48,368 nt of DNA, from assembly GCF_001194135.2 (NCBI RefSeq), contig NC_068994.1:18302749-18351116 (forward strand), written 5' to 3'. Below, piece by piece: positions 14,588-26,419 of this stretch (the stretch's first letter is position 1; each line of letters starts with the position of its first letter). Made by a program: the position numbers and the translations under genes. The DNA is from Octopus bimaculoides (lineage: Eukaryota). The notes beneath the pieces were generated by a model. That model saw only the letters and a list, made by a program, of their open reading frames with translations, was not told the origin of the DNA and made no database searches.

Positions 14588-14817
14588 TTAACCCCTTTGC
14601 ATTCAACTAACTCTGTAAAATGTAATCCTTATTTATTCACATTCTTTAAAATTAACCATGAATTACCATGTAGGTTTGAAATTTTTGTAATGTGATTGCT
14701 TATTCTTTGAAAGGATATTGTAGGGTAGGTGTGAGAGGCTGGATCTGGCTGGTTTGAACATAAAACAGGCAGTATATTTAGGTCAGGTGTGGTTGGTTTG
14801 AATACTAAAAAGGTTAA
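14588..14817. mobile_element. piggyBac-type MITE (same family)
   Basis: ttaa-cccctttgcattc ... gaatactaaaaagg-ttaa. Related copies at 9970-10192, 25795-25915, ~7625-7757, ~2760-3490, ~25916-26260 and ~46590-46780. Confidence 0.7.
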
Positions 14818-14934
14818 ATTATTGTTAAGTCTTTTAAGGTGAATTAAAATTAATTTTCTTTGCCCTTGTATCAGAACATGAAGATATTGTATGAAGTTTC
14901 AAGCTGGCTGTCGTTAATGATTTAATGATATCTA

Positions 14935-15345
14935 GGCACAGTAAGGCAGAATAGTTAAGAAGCTTGGCTTTGCAACCACGAGGCACCAGATCGATCTTAC
15001 TGTATGATATTGGGCAAATGACATTTTTTTTTTATAGCCTTGAGTCAATAGCCTTGTGAGTGAAATTGGGTAGGTTAGGTGGAAATTGTACAGAAGCCTC
15101 TCAAGTGAACTGTACCTGTAATTCGAAATGTACAGGCTTGTCACACACTGCACCATGCTGATTTTGTCTGAGAATTGTGTTGAAGTTACACATAAAAGAG
15201 GCTGGGGTTAGGAAGGGCATCCAGCTGTAGAAACCAAGCCAAAACAGACAATGGAACCTTATGCAGTCCATTGCTTTACCAGTTCCTGTCAAGCCATCTT
15301 ACTCATGCCAGCATGGAAAACAGGCATTAAATGATGATGATGATG
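14935..15345 (+). mobile_element. SINE with family A-like head and RTE-derived 3' tail
   Basis: The A-type head/core is followed by ttaggaagggcatccagctgtagaaa ... catgccagcatggaaa ... (atg)n, shared with the RTE 3' end at 36521-36670. Similar tails at ~875-990, ~12000-12100, ~24515-24640 (-) and ~28470-28692. Confidence 0.7.
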
Positions 15346-17101
15346 ATATCTGTGGAATACTCAGCCATATACATACTGATTAAGTGAACAAGTTATTCAT
15401 TTGATCAAACAACTGAATCTGCATTGTCAAATGACAGATATCCAAAACATATCCATCATGAAGACAACTTATGTATTTTAATTAGTTCTGAAAACACGAT
15501 TTTGCAGGGCTTATTGCAAAATGTAAAATATAAAATCTTTTCTGTTTATCTATGTATACTTACATATTATCAATAACTGTCATTACATTACTAATATCTT
15601 CTCTTATATACACACACACACACACACACGTGTGTTACTATATCCTTGCCTTGACTTCATGTGCTAAATGTAAAGGAATGTCACCATTAAGCAAGTGATA
15701 TCCTCTGTTTCCAATTTTCTGTGAAAATATGTCTGCTCATAGGGAATATTAACTTAAAACAAGTAGAATATTTGAACTTGATATAACAGGTTTAAATAGA
15801 AGTATTTTTAAACATTTTCAGTGATGGTGAATCAATTACATGCACATCAACAGTGACATGTTGCATGTTTTTAAGTGATGATGGAATTTGAAAAAAGAAA
15901 AAGTTTTCCCTATATTATCATATTACAAAATGCTTACCTATAAGCTTTATCCAAAACTAAAATACATGTACACGTGTAGGTGACATACCAATAAGAGGAA
16001 TATCAAAGAAAATTAAAATGCTGGCACATCTGGTTACAAGGGTTTGCTCTTAGTATCCTAGGCAGAAGTAACCATTTGGAGAAAAAATAATAAAATAAAA
16101 TAGAAGAAAACTGTCTCAAATAATTATTCTCTTTTTACATATAGGACAAGGTTCTTTTGTAAGTAGGAAATAGTCAACTGAAGTTATCCAGTGTATTCCA
16201 GGTACTTAACACAAAATAGTTATAAAGGAAGGCAATGTAAATTGTATAAAAAAAAAACAGTTTTGAAGAAATATATTAAAAGTACATGTGACAATTTTAA
16301 GATATATGACATTATGAAAAAACAAAAGGCTTTCATCACTAGTAACATCTAAGTATTAACAAGGCAGTGAACTGGCAGAATTTCATCTGTCTTTACATTC
16401 TGAGTTCAAATTCCGCCTTTCATCCTTTTGGGATCAATAAAATAAGTACCAGTTGAGCACTGGGGGTGATGTCACCGACTTACTCCCATTCCTCGAAATT
16501 GCTGGCCTTGCACTAACATTTGAAATCAATATATCTAAATATCATCATCATCATCATCACTGTCATTATCAGTATCATTGTTTTAAAGATAGTGGGGCAG
16601 TTTTTATCTGTTTGGCACTGTGGTGAAAAGATGATTACGGTATATAAAAAAAAAGGGTCTGTTCTTCTCAGACAAAATCTTCAGCAGTGTACTAGAAGGT
16701 CTGGCAGTATGAAAAATACAACCTCAGGGTAAATTTTATAAAAGATGATCAATTGTTTTTGTTTAGCCACAAGTTAACCTGATCAAGATGATTTATGAGC
16801 AAAAGTATCCCAGCCATGACCATCCTGTCATTTATATATAGACATAATATAGCTAAGACTACAATATCCACCGAGTCTTTTTTCTTTTAAAGAGAGTGGA
16901 ATACGATTTGAAGGAGATTTGGCAACTATTTCCAGCATGTCAAATGATCACAGAGGCTGCTCTTCAACCCTACAGTTTAACTAGTAAAAGGTGGTCTATG
17001 TTTCAGTATTAATCTAATTTTGGCTAGCTGGCAATCACCCTCAAAATGTACGACTTTCTTTGAGAATTATGTTATTTAATTATCTATTATATATAATTGT
17101 A

Positions 17102-17160
<59 letters not shown>

Positions 17161-18257
17161 ATGCATGCACAAATTTGGCTTGTGTGTATATGTATTGATA
17201 TTCATGCAGGTTTATCCATAATATGCTTGTCACTAAATGTGTTTGAGTGTTACACTTTTAGCAATCTTAATAACTATGTAATAAATTGAAGACAAAATCT
17301 TTAACATGATGAAACACGTTTGCATTAGGCTTTAAACAACCTTAACTATGAATTTATAAAAAAAAAAAAAATCAAAAACATAATTGGAATAATTAACATA
17401 AGAAGCTTAAAAAATTTTGATGTCACATGTTTTAGCAACCTCAATTTTGGAATGAAATCAAAGACCATTGAAATATTTAACATAAAGAAGCAAGTTTTGA
17501 GTCTATACTTAAAACAAGATTAAATGTGGAATGAATGCATAATGAAACAATGTTATGATGAGCTATGAATTTTTGCATCAAAGTAGAAATAAGGAAATAT
17601 ATAAAGCATTGGCTTTCATAATATACATAACAGTAATAAAGTGTTATAGTTAAAAATCTAAATACAAGATTTACTGTGTATTTTCTAGGACTTTTGTAAC
17701 AACATACTGGGAGGTTATGAAACTTTAGCTCTTGTTTCAAGTAATTTAGCTATTTTTAAATTACCAAATAGAGAGGAGATAGAAGAACAGGATGAAGACA
17801 AAATGGGGACATAGGCTATCATACAGACCTAACTGACCCATACCAGATGTTAAAATGTTAATGTTGATAACAGAGGAAGAGGATTAGTGAATAAATCATA
17901 AATTTCTATGTAACCTAGAAGTAAGCATATGCAGCTCTTGTATCAAAGAGCTGATTGTTTAACACATTAGCTGGAAGGAAAAAATATCATTTAAAATATT
18001 TGAGTGATACAATTTCTGTATACTTATACAATATGTGAATACAACTTCAGATTAAGAACACCACACATAACTTTAGTATATCTTTTAGCAAATAATAGTA
18101 AACCTGTATTACTTACAAGCTGAAATACTATTCAATCATTTAGAGAAATGAGTGAGTGAGGAAGATGGTAAATCAAAAATAGAAACCAAAGAGAATAGTG
18201 CTTGGTAACAAGTGTAGAAACCAGGAACATAGAAATATAAAACTCCTAGAAACATAC

Positions 18258-18849
18258 TTTTAATTTCAGGACTTGTGGCAGAGTAAATTCCCTGAGTTTC
18301 GCTGTTGGCATTTCTGTCAGCGGTAGAGACTGGGCCAATATCAATACAGCTAAGGAATCGCCTGGGGTGACCTGGGTGACTTCCTGTTCTCCCTCTTTTA
18401 TCACTGTCATTCTTATCAGATTCTAGTGGGGACAGAGATACTGTCAAGTTTTTCACATATTCAGAAAATTCACAAGCTGTTGAGTTTGATTCAGCTTCTT
18501 GGAGTTCAGAGAGATCTGTGGGGAGTTCAAATTCTTTAGGGCTAAATTTAATGGATGCTGGATCTTGCTGTGATAGAATATATTTGCTTGTGACAAAATT
18601 AGGCTTGCCAATAGAAAGGGATCCTTCTGAACTAGAGCGCCCTTTGCTGCTGAATTCTGTCCGCCGGAATGTGGCATCCTCGCAAGGTGAGTTGTTTTCC
18701 GAATACACTTCCCTCTCAACAGGCAAGTCAAATGAACGAGCTCTGTTCTTAAATTCTGAAGACTCCTCTTTCATTATGAACGACTTAGTCGGTTTATCAG
18801 GATAAACAGAGATTTCAGAAATTGTCCTGGTTCTTATACTCTCTTCCAT
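18258..18849 (-). CDS. Candidate first coding exon, 197 codons + 1 nt, Ser/Glu-rich and probably disordered; alternative 5' exon of neur or a nested gene
   Basis: ATG in strong context (ccataATGg), in-frame TAA 10 codons upstream, long stop-free frame in repeat-free unique sequence, strong donor AAAA|GTATGT at 18257 (phase 1). Possible UTR acceptor ttcttaacag at 18989-90. No recognisable domain. Confidence 0.7.
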
Positions 18850-20399
18850 TATGGAACCGAGAGTAGATTCTTGAAATTACGTCTTGATTGTCCCTTTCTG
18901 TAGTCTATTAACCACAAGGTGTAAAAGCTTGTCATATGCCAACCCTTGAATACACATGTTTTACTTTTGTGTTTCTCCTAAATTTTACCTGTTAAGAACA
19001 GGTGTCATTTACATTAAAAAAAAAAAAAAAATCAGAATATAAATATTTTCTTCTCTCTCTCTCTGCCTTTTTAAGAATTGTAGCTATTATTGCTACTGAC
19101 TGCACTGCTATGGTTCCAGTAAAGAATTTACAAACTTTAAGAGTTTTGTTTGTAAAATAACACAGAGAAAATGTTAAAAATCCAATTTTACACCAATATT
19201 TCAGAAATAATGTAATTTCTTTCGTTGTAATACATCAAGTTGAAAACAAAAAACAATCTTTTTTTTTTTGGATAATAAATAAAGCAACAGCTAATTTTTA
19301 AATATTAGTCGAAATTTTTTGGTAAATCAAATAATTCCAAATGAATAAATTTTTAATAGTAGGATTAATCAACAGGTGCTTCATTAAGAGGTCTGGTGCA
19401 TGAACTGAGAAGAAATCGACCAGTAGAGGTAGATAGATGACTGTGACACAAACTAAACAAGGAAAACTGTTTCGAAAAGATGTCCTTCGTTGTGAGTGAT
19501 TTTTTAGAAGAAACAGCAAATATAGTTAAGTAGCTTTTAGCAGAAAGAACAAATATAGTATAGTAGCAAGCAGCTTGCTTTCCTCACATCGAAGTCCTCA
19601 GAAATTCAGAGTAGGTCTTCACTTAGAAATAAAAAGAACAGAGCAACAGATAGATTTTCCTGCCTGTTGAGAAGAAGAAATACAACCTGAACAAGTTTGG
19701 TTAGTATCAAGTTTATAGCAGTGCCTCTCAGACTGGTTGGTAATAATAGCAGCAGCATTACCGCTTCCAGATTTCATCCACATTTTAACATGGGTGGATG
19801 GATGGGTTGGTGGAGTATTGGAACAGTTTTGTATCTTATACTTTTTTTTGCTTATTATTTATTTCATTTATATTTTCTTTATTTCTTTTTCTCTGTAAAT
19901 ATATCTATAGGAAAATTGTTGAAAATATACCACACAGAGAATGCAATAGTTGCTAGGAGTGTTCGGGGGTATATATATGTATCCAAGAAAGGTAGAGTAG
20001 CCACAAAGTTGCTAGTCACCTATAGCAAGGGTACCACTGACAGGTATAGGTAGATTTGAAAGTAGAAACAAAGCAATTGTACAAATCCATATGTAATAAA
20101 TGTACCTTTTCCACTTGGCAGTCCATTTTAGATTCAGTGGTGTTGCATTTAGTTTGCATTTAGGTGGGACTTCACAAACCAAAATATAAAAACAGAAAAT
20201 TAGAGATACACAAGGAGCATAAAATTAGAGGCTTCCTCACAAGATTGTGTGTTCTGCAGCCAGAGACACACTTAGGAAGTGTTTATTTATGTTGGGTCTT
20301 CTTCACTCAAGTTTTCTCTTTCTATCCCTCTTTCTCCTACTCACTCTCTGTATGTATCTGGGGATGGGAGGCTACTGAGAGCCCTGCTAGTAATAGACT

Positions 20400-20418
20400 G
20401 GATAGATAGATAGATAGG

Positions 20419-20514
<96 letters not shown>

Positions 20515-20522
20515 CAGATAGA
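20400..20522. repeat. (GATA)n microsatellite
   Basis: Direct inspection. Confidence 0.98.
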
Positions 20523-20799
20523 TGGACAGTGGTAACAAACAAAAACTACTAACAGTGTCTTTTAAGTCTGTAGCTGTTCTTACTCTTGTTGTTGTTGTTG
20601 TTCTAGTTGATAGTGTAGCTACTGGTGGGATTGGTGATGTTAGTGGTGATTTTTTTTCACTGCTAGGTTACACACAACAGTTTAAGGAAGGTAAAATAAG
20701 GAGGAAGGGCAACTTTACTAAGATGGAGAGGAGGGAATGGATGTTGGTGGAAGTTGTGTTATAGAGACAGACACAGCAAGTTTGAGGGAGAGGTGATAG

Positions 20800-21420
20800 C
20801 AGCAGTGAATATTAAGGGAAATTAAGCAAAGAAACAAATGTGGTTAAAAGAGATAACAAAAAGGGGGGGAAAAAAAGAATCATGGAAAGGAGTCAAAACA
20901 AGAGAGTGAGAAAGGGAGGAGAGACAGCAATAGAGATGAGAACAAATGAGGAAGAGAGAGAAAGAGAAAAGAAGTTTGAGAGCAATAGAGAAAAGAGAAA
21001 GCAAGGGACATAGTGTGTATGTATGTGTGAGAGAGAAAGGAAGAGAGGATAAGGAAAGATGAAGACAAAAGGAAAGAGAAGAGGGTGAAGAGGAGGTAAA
21101 GAAGAATGTGTATGTGGTAGGGAAAGAGAGTAAATGTGTATAAGTGAATGAGGAGGAGAGATGAGAGGTTAGAGAGAAGGATGAGCAAAATGTGAGAAAG
21201 AGGGAGGAATTTGAGTGTGAGTGAATGGGGGAGTGAGTAAAAGTGAGAGTGGGAAGGTTGAAAATATGAGAGAAGGGAACACAAAATAGCAGAAATAGGA
21301 GGGAAAAAGAGAGCAATAAAGAAAAAGCAAAAAGAAGGAAGGCAGAAGATAATAATAAAAAGGGGGAGGGGAGAAGGTGAGAGAAAGAGGAATAGTGTAG
21401 AAAGAGTATAAAGAGAGTAG
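20800..21420. repeat. ~600-bp purine-rich (+) / pyrimidine-rich (-) low-complexity tract
   Basis: Strongly A/G-biased, with interspersed T and very few C, on the + strand; lies upstream of the orphan exon on the minus strand. Confidence 0.8.
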
Positions 21421-21873
21421 TTAAAAATTTTTTGGCTCCTCTCCTACAACAGTCAAAAGCAATTTCTGTTCAGTTCCCATGATGCTTCAGAAAGGAAACA
21501 TGCCTTACCAACACTACTATATAAGCAGTAACAAGGACAGGAATATCTTCTGGTGTGCTAAAAGTAGAGAAGGAAGCTAGTTCACACCTATGATTAGAGA
21601 ACTTCTGAGAAGAAACCAGCCACTCTACATCATTTTATACACACTAGTTTTAACTGATGCTGCTTATACACACCTCAGCACATATCAGTTTTTAACTGAT
21701 GCTCCTATCTCATGTGTGTGTGTGTGTGTATGTATCACACACAAACACAACATATGTATCTTCAACAGGTGCTGTTCAATACACCCGATCACCTCCAATG
21801 GCATTTATACATACATGCTACACACATCAGTCTCTAGTAATATTCATCTTTGATGCATACCAAGTTTGGACTG

Positions 21874-21924
<51 letters not shown>

Positions 21925-22026
21925 GCTATTCTATGCATACATAACATCAACTGGTGCACATACATCTATTTGCATTAGCCAACTCAGGACTCTTATACAC
22001 ACCTCAACATATGACTTCATTTAAAT

Positions 22027-22235
22027 CAATGTTTCTCAACCATTTTTTTTACCAATGGACCCCTTTGATTTGCATTTCACTCAGAGAGACCCTCATAGCG
22101 ATTTGATATTTAATAAAATCATATTTTTTATAATTGGATATTATTAGGAATTGTATAAAAAAAAAATCCAAATATTTTGTGCATTTAGATAGTATTCTAC
22201 ACACTTAAAAACCTGCATCCAGGTTATAAACACCC
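22027..22235. mobile_element. Degenerate hAT MITE
   Basis: 5' end caatgtttctcaaccatttt and internal similarity to the other copies; 3' TIR eroded. Confidence 0.5.
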
Positions 22236-22349
22236 CCAGAGTGCAGCTATATTAGCTACCTTCATATTCCAGATTCACTTATGTAAAAATACACCTCAAC
22301 ATACCACTTGTAGGTATGATAAACACATTGAAATACCAGTTCTCATCGT

Positions 22350-22387
<38 letters not shown>

Positions 22388-22618
22388 TCTTTACTCTTTT
22401 ACTTGTTTCAGTCCTTTGACTGTGGCCATGCTGGAGCACCGCCTTTAGTCGAGCAAATCGATCCCAGGAATTATTCTTTGGAAGCCTGGTACTTATTCTA
22501 TCAGTCTCTTTTGCCAAACCGCTAAGTTACGGGGACGTAAACACACCAGCATCGGTTGTCAAGCGATGTTGGGGGGACAAACACAGACACAAACATATAC
22601 ACACACACACACATATAT

Positions 22619-22936
22619 NNNNNNNNNNNNNNNNNNNNNNNNNNNNNNNNNNNNNNNNNNNNNNNNNNNNNNNNNNNNNNNNNNNNNNNNNNNNNNNNNN
22701 NNNNNNNNNNNNNNNNNNNNNNNNNNNNNNNNNNNNNNNNNNNNNNNNNNNNNNNNNNNNNNNNNNNNNNNNNNNNNNNNNNNNNNNNNNNNNNNNNNNN
22801 NNNNNNNNNNNNNNNNNNNNNNNNNNNNNNNNNNNNNNNNNNNNNNNNNNNNNNNNNNNNNNNNNNNNNNNNNNNNNNNNNNNNNNNNNNNNNNNNNNNN
22901 NNNNNNNNNNNNNNNNNNNNNNNNNNNNNNNNNNNN
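22619..22936. other. Assembly gap (others: 11606-11837, 27695-28210, 33268-33277, 41444-42116, 43091-43100)
   Basis: N runs, mostly flanked by microsatellites. Confidence 1.
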
Positions 22937-23359
22937 AAAAGTTAATCTTAAAAACCACAGTAGAGATAAGTACATAATATAAGCAATATTGTATAAATAA
23001 ATAAAGTACAGCTATGATAATTAAAAAAAAATAGAGTATTGTAAAAAGTATATCTATTAGAATCTTAGGTCTTTCCTAAAATGAAGAAATATTCAATAAT
23101 CATGCAAACTATTATAATCAAGCTTTAGCTGCAAGTGGATTTAAGCAACATATTAAACATATAAAAGATACAAAACTGAAGAATTATATAGCACAAATGG
23201 AACTAAACCAAACTACACATAATATTAAATAAAAAAAAAACAAACCCTCACTTTACGAGAACCCGGTTTATGAATTTTATCTACTACGAGTTTTCATTTT
23301 ACAAGCATTTTCTGGGAACAAATTAACTCATATATTGAGGCATTATTGTGTATATATCT

Positions 23360-23830
23360 TTTATCTTTTACTTGTTTCAGTCATCAGATGTGGCCGTGCT
23401 GGGGCACCAGCTTGAAGAATTTTTAGTTGAATGAATCAACTCTAGTACTTTTTTTAAGCCTGGTACTTATTCTATCAATCTCTTTTGTTGAACTGCTAAG
23501 TTATGGGGGATGTAAACACACCAACACCGGTTGTCAAGCAGTAGTGGGAGACAAACAGACACAAAGACACACATACACATGTACAGACACACAAGCACAA
23601 ACAGATGCACATGCACACATACACATGAACAGATGCATGTGCACACACATATAGAGAGATGGATATACATAAACGACGGGCTTCTTTCAGTTTCTGTCTA
23701 CCAAATCCACTCACAAGACCTTGGTCAGCCCGAGACTATAGTAGAATTGCCCAAGGTGCCATGCAGTGGAACTGAACCCGGAACCATGTGGTTAGGAAGC
23801 AAACTTCTTGCCACACAGCCACATCTGTGC
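23360..23830 (-). mobile_element. SINE family A
   Basis: Full organisation on the minus strand. Further full or partial copies at ~558-990 (+), ~2267-2655 (+), ~5940-6320 (+), ~6920-7085 (-), ~22385-22618 (-), ~24715-24885 (-), ~31730-32105 (+), ~35165-35490 (+) and ~45495-45720 (+). Confidence 0.8.
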
Positions 23831-23899
23831 CTATATATTATTTATAACACATTGTAATTAGAAATATTACATTTCTAAATCTCTCAGAGAGACTTAAGC

Positions 23900-24160
23900 A
23901 GTAGTGAAGCGATAAAGTAGTTGTATACTGCCAACTTAACATGACAGTCCCAATAAGGGAATATACTACTGCTATTTAGCCCTAGGAAGCTGGACCGCTT
24001 CCTGTTGGCCTTGACACATTTCCTGTGTCCTTATTTTTGCGAGGGGGAGACAAACTCCTCCACCCAGCCTGGTCTGCATTCAGGGACATGTTTCTGAGTC
24101 TTTGCTCGTCATCAGCCTGAAGTAGCACGACTAGCTGTTTGAAGAAGTCTGTTTACCCTT
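23900..24160 (-). mobile_element. Hammerhead-bearing interspersed repeat, copy 1 (boundaries approximate)
   Basis: Shares colinear blocks (atgacagtccc; tactactgctatttagccctagga) with the inverted copy at ~13955-14290, with the hammerhead ~140 nt from the first block in both. Confidence 0.6.
24079..24121 (-). ncRNA. Minimal type I hammerhead ribozyme motif (Penelope/retrozyme type)
   Basis: Minus strand reads UUCAGG-CUGAUGA-CGAG caaaga CUCA-GAAA-C AU G-UC-CCUGAA. Perfect 6-bp stem I, intact CUGAUGA and GAAA core, stem II GAG/CUC with a C.A first pair, palindromic ACAUGU stem III, GUC cleavage triplet. Confidence 0.8.
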
Positions 24161-26419
24161 TGCAAAGATTGTTCTGCATTAAATTGTAATGTTCAATTTT
24201 TGTTGTCCTTGTAGCAAATAGAAAAAAAAAATATTTACACAGCTAGACAACATTTTATATAAGCAAGCATCCCAAATCTAACCCATGTAACTTCTAAAAT
24301 TCAGACAAAATCTAACTGCAAATGAATATATCATATTCATATTTCTAGACATAACAAACTCATTTCTTTTATAGAAACAAACATATACTTTGAAAGTAGC
24401 TACTTTGCTTGTAACATATATTTTCTTTACAGTTAAATTAAACATTTATTTAATTTGTATACAGTATGTGGCTTACGTATGTATATATGTGTTTATGAAT
24501 ATATATGTATATGCACATGTTATCATCATCGTTTTAGTGTCCACTTTTTCAAGCTTGATTGGGTTGGAGTTTACTGAAGCAGATTTTCTATGGTCAGATG
24601 CCAACCCTCACCTGTTTCTAGGCAAGGTAAATATTTTTCCAAGCTAGACATGTTTTGCATGAGCATCACTTATTTACAGCAACCAATTGATGTCAAAACA
24701 AGGGCACACACACACACACATTTACAGGCTGTTTTCAGTTACCACCAACCAAATTCATTCACAAAATTTTGGTTAACCCTGAGCTATAGCAGAAGACACA
24801 TGCCTAAGGTGCCATGTATTGGAATTGAACACAAAAACTGTGTGGCTGGGAAGCAAACATCTTAACTACACAGCCACACCTGCACTGTGTGTGTGTGTGT
24901 GCATGCATATGCATGTATATATATCTACTATATAAATGCAAGTGTATGTGCGTTTAGCCCTGAAAGACTCTGAAACGGTGTGTCCACAAGAAAAATTAAT
25001 TAGATGTTCGAAATCTGCATCCTGGAGAGAAGGTCATCCATAAATAATAATAATAATAAAAAAAAAAAATATATAATATGCTAAAAGAAATAACTTTTAG
25101 ATCCATGTATATAAATGTATGCATATACAAATATGTATACATGCATATATATATGTGTGTGATAGTCCTAATACAAGTTTAAAAACAGAATTCCTATGCA
25201 GTGGCTCACCAGGTGACAGAACGGAACATTTTCTAAATATGCAGTCAGTAGCGAATATGGAAATAAGCTGTGTTGGACCAACACACTGGTTACCCTTTGA
25301 CATGGAATAACACCTAATAGTCATTCAGCCTTGGCTTACAGGTGAAACAGCACTATGTCAGTTACAATGACAAGGGTTCCAGTTGATCTGATCAACAAAA
25401 CAGTCTGCTCTCGTGAAATTAATGTGCAAGTGGCTGAGCAATTCACACGAAATTAAAGTGGCTGAGTAATTCACAGACTTGCATACCCTTAACGTAACTC
25501 TCAGGGAGGTTCAGCAAGACACAGAATGGGACAAGGTTGGTCCTTTGAAAAACAGGTACTTCTCATTTTTGCCAGCTGAGTGGACTGGAGCAACGTGAAA
25601 TTATAAGCAGCAGTATGTATGGCGGATGTGCAATAATGGTGAATCATCTACTGATCAATGGTGGTATTCGCATGAAGTTGGATAGGGAAGGTGACCAAGT
25701 ACTCCACTGCTGAAGTTTATAGACCCATCAACTATGGATGTTATTAACCAATAAAAAACTTAATCCAAGCAAACTAGACCAAACACTGTCTAGTTTAACT
25801 CTTTAGCACAATGACAGTGTTGGGTAGGTGTGAGAAGCCTGATCCAGTTAGTTTGAACATAAAACAAGTGGAATATTTTGGCCAGGTATGGCTGGTTTGA
25901 ATGCTAAAGGGTTAAACCAGCTATATCAGACCTAAATATTCAACCTGTTTTATGTTCAAATGGGACAAATTCTGCCTCTTGCACTTATGCCATAATGTCA
26001 TTTTCAAAATAAACAATCACATAATCAAAATATCTGAGCTAAAAGATAATGCACGAGTAATTCCAAACAATGGTATCCAAACCATATATTCTACCCATTT
26101 CCTGTTGAAACTGGCCAGATTCAGCCTCTCATACCTAGCTTACAATGTCATTATAAAAATAAACAAACACATCACTGAAATCTTAAAGCTGCATCATTAA
26201 TTCAAAACAATGTGATGAATAAATAAGCGTTACATTTGACAGTAATGTGAAGGCTACATGGTCAAAACCACTACCAAATTCTTCATTAACCAGGTCCACT
26301 ACCTTTTCTGCCGTTGTTCAGACTGAGCATTAATCATACCAGTCTCACCAGTGGAGGAGAGACAGCAAAGGTCAAGGTCACAGTTTGTCTTTTAACTGAA
26401 TTATTATTATCATTCTATT

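Noticed and set aside
20822-21316. 164-aa and 134-aa minus-strand ORFs (S/L/F-rich)
   Set aside because: Translation artefacts of the pyrimidine-rich low-complexity tract.
24960-24990. ctgaaagactctgaaacggtgtgtc as a hammerhead
   Set aside because: The core has an extra base, there is no stem II and no stem I pairing; at most a deleted remnant.
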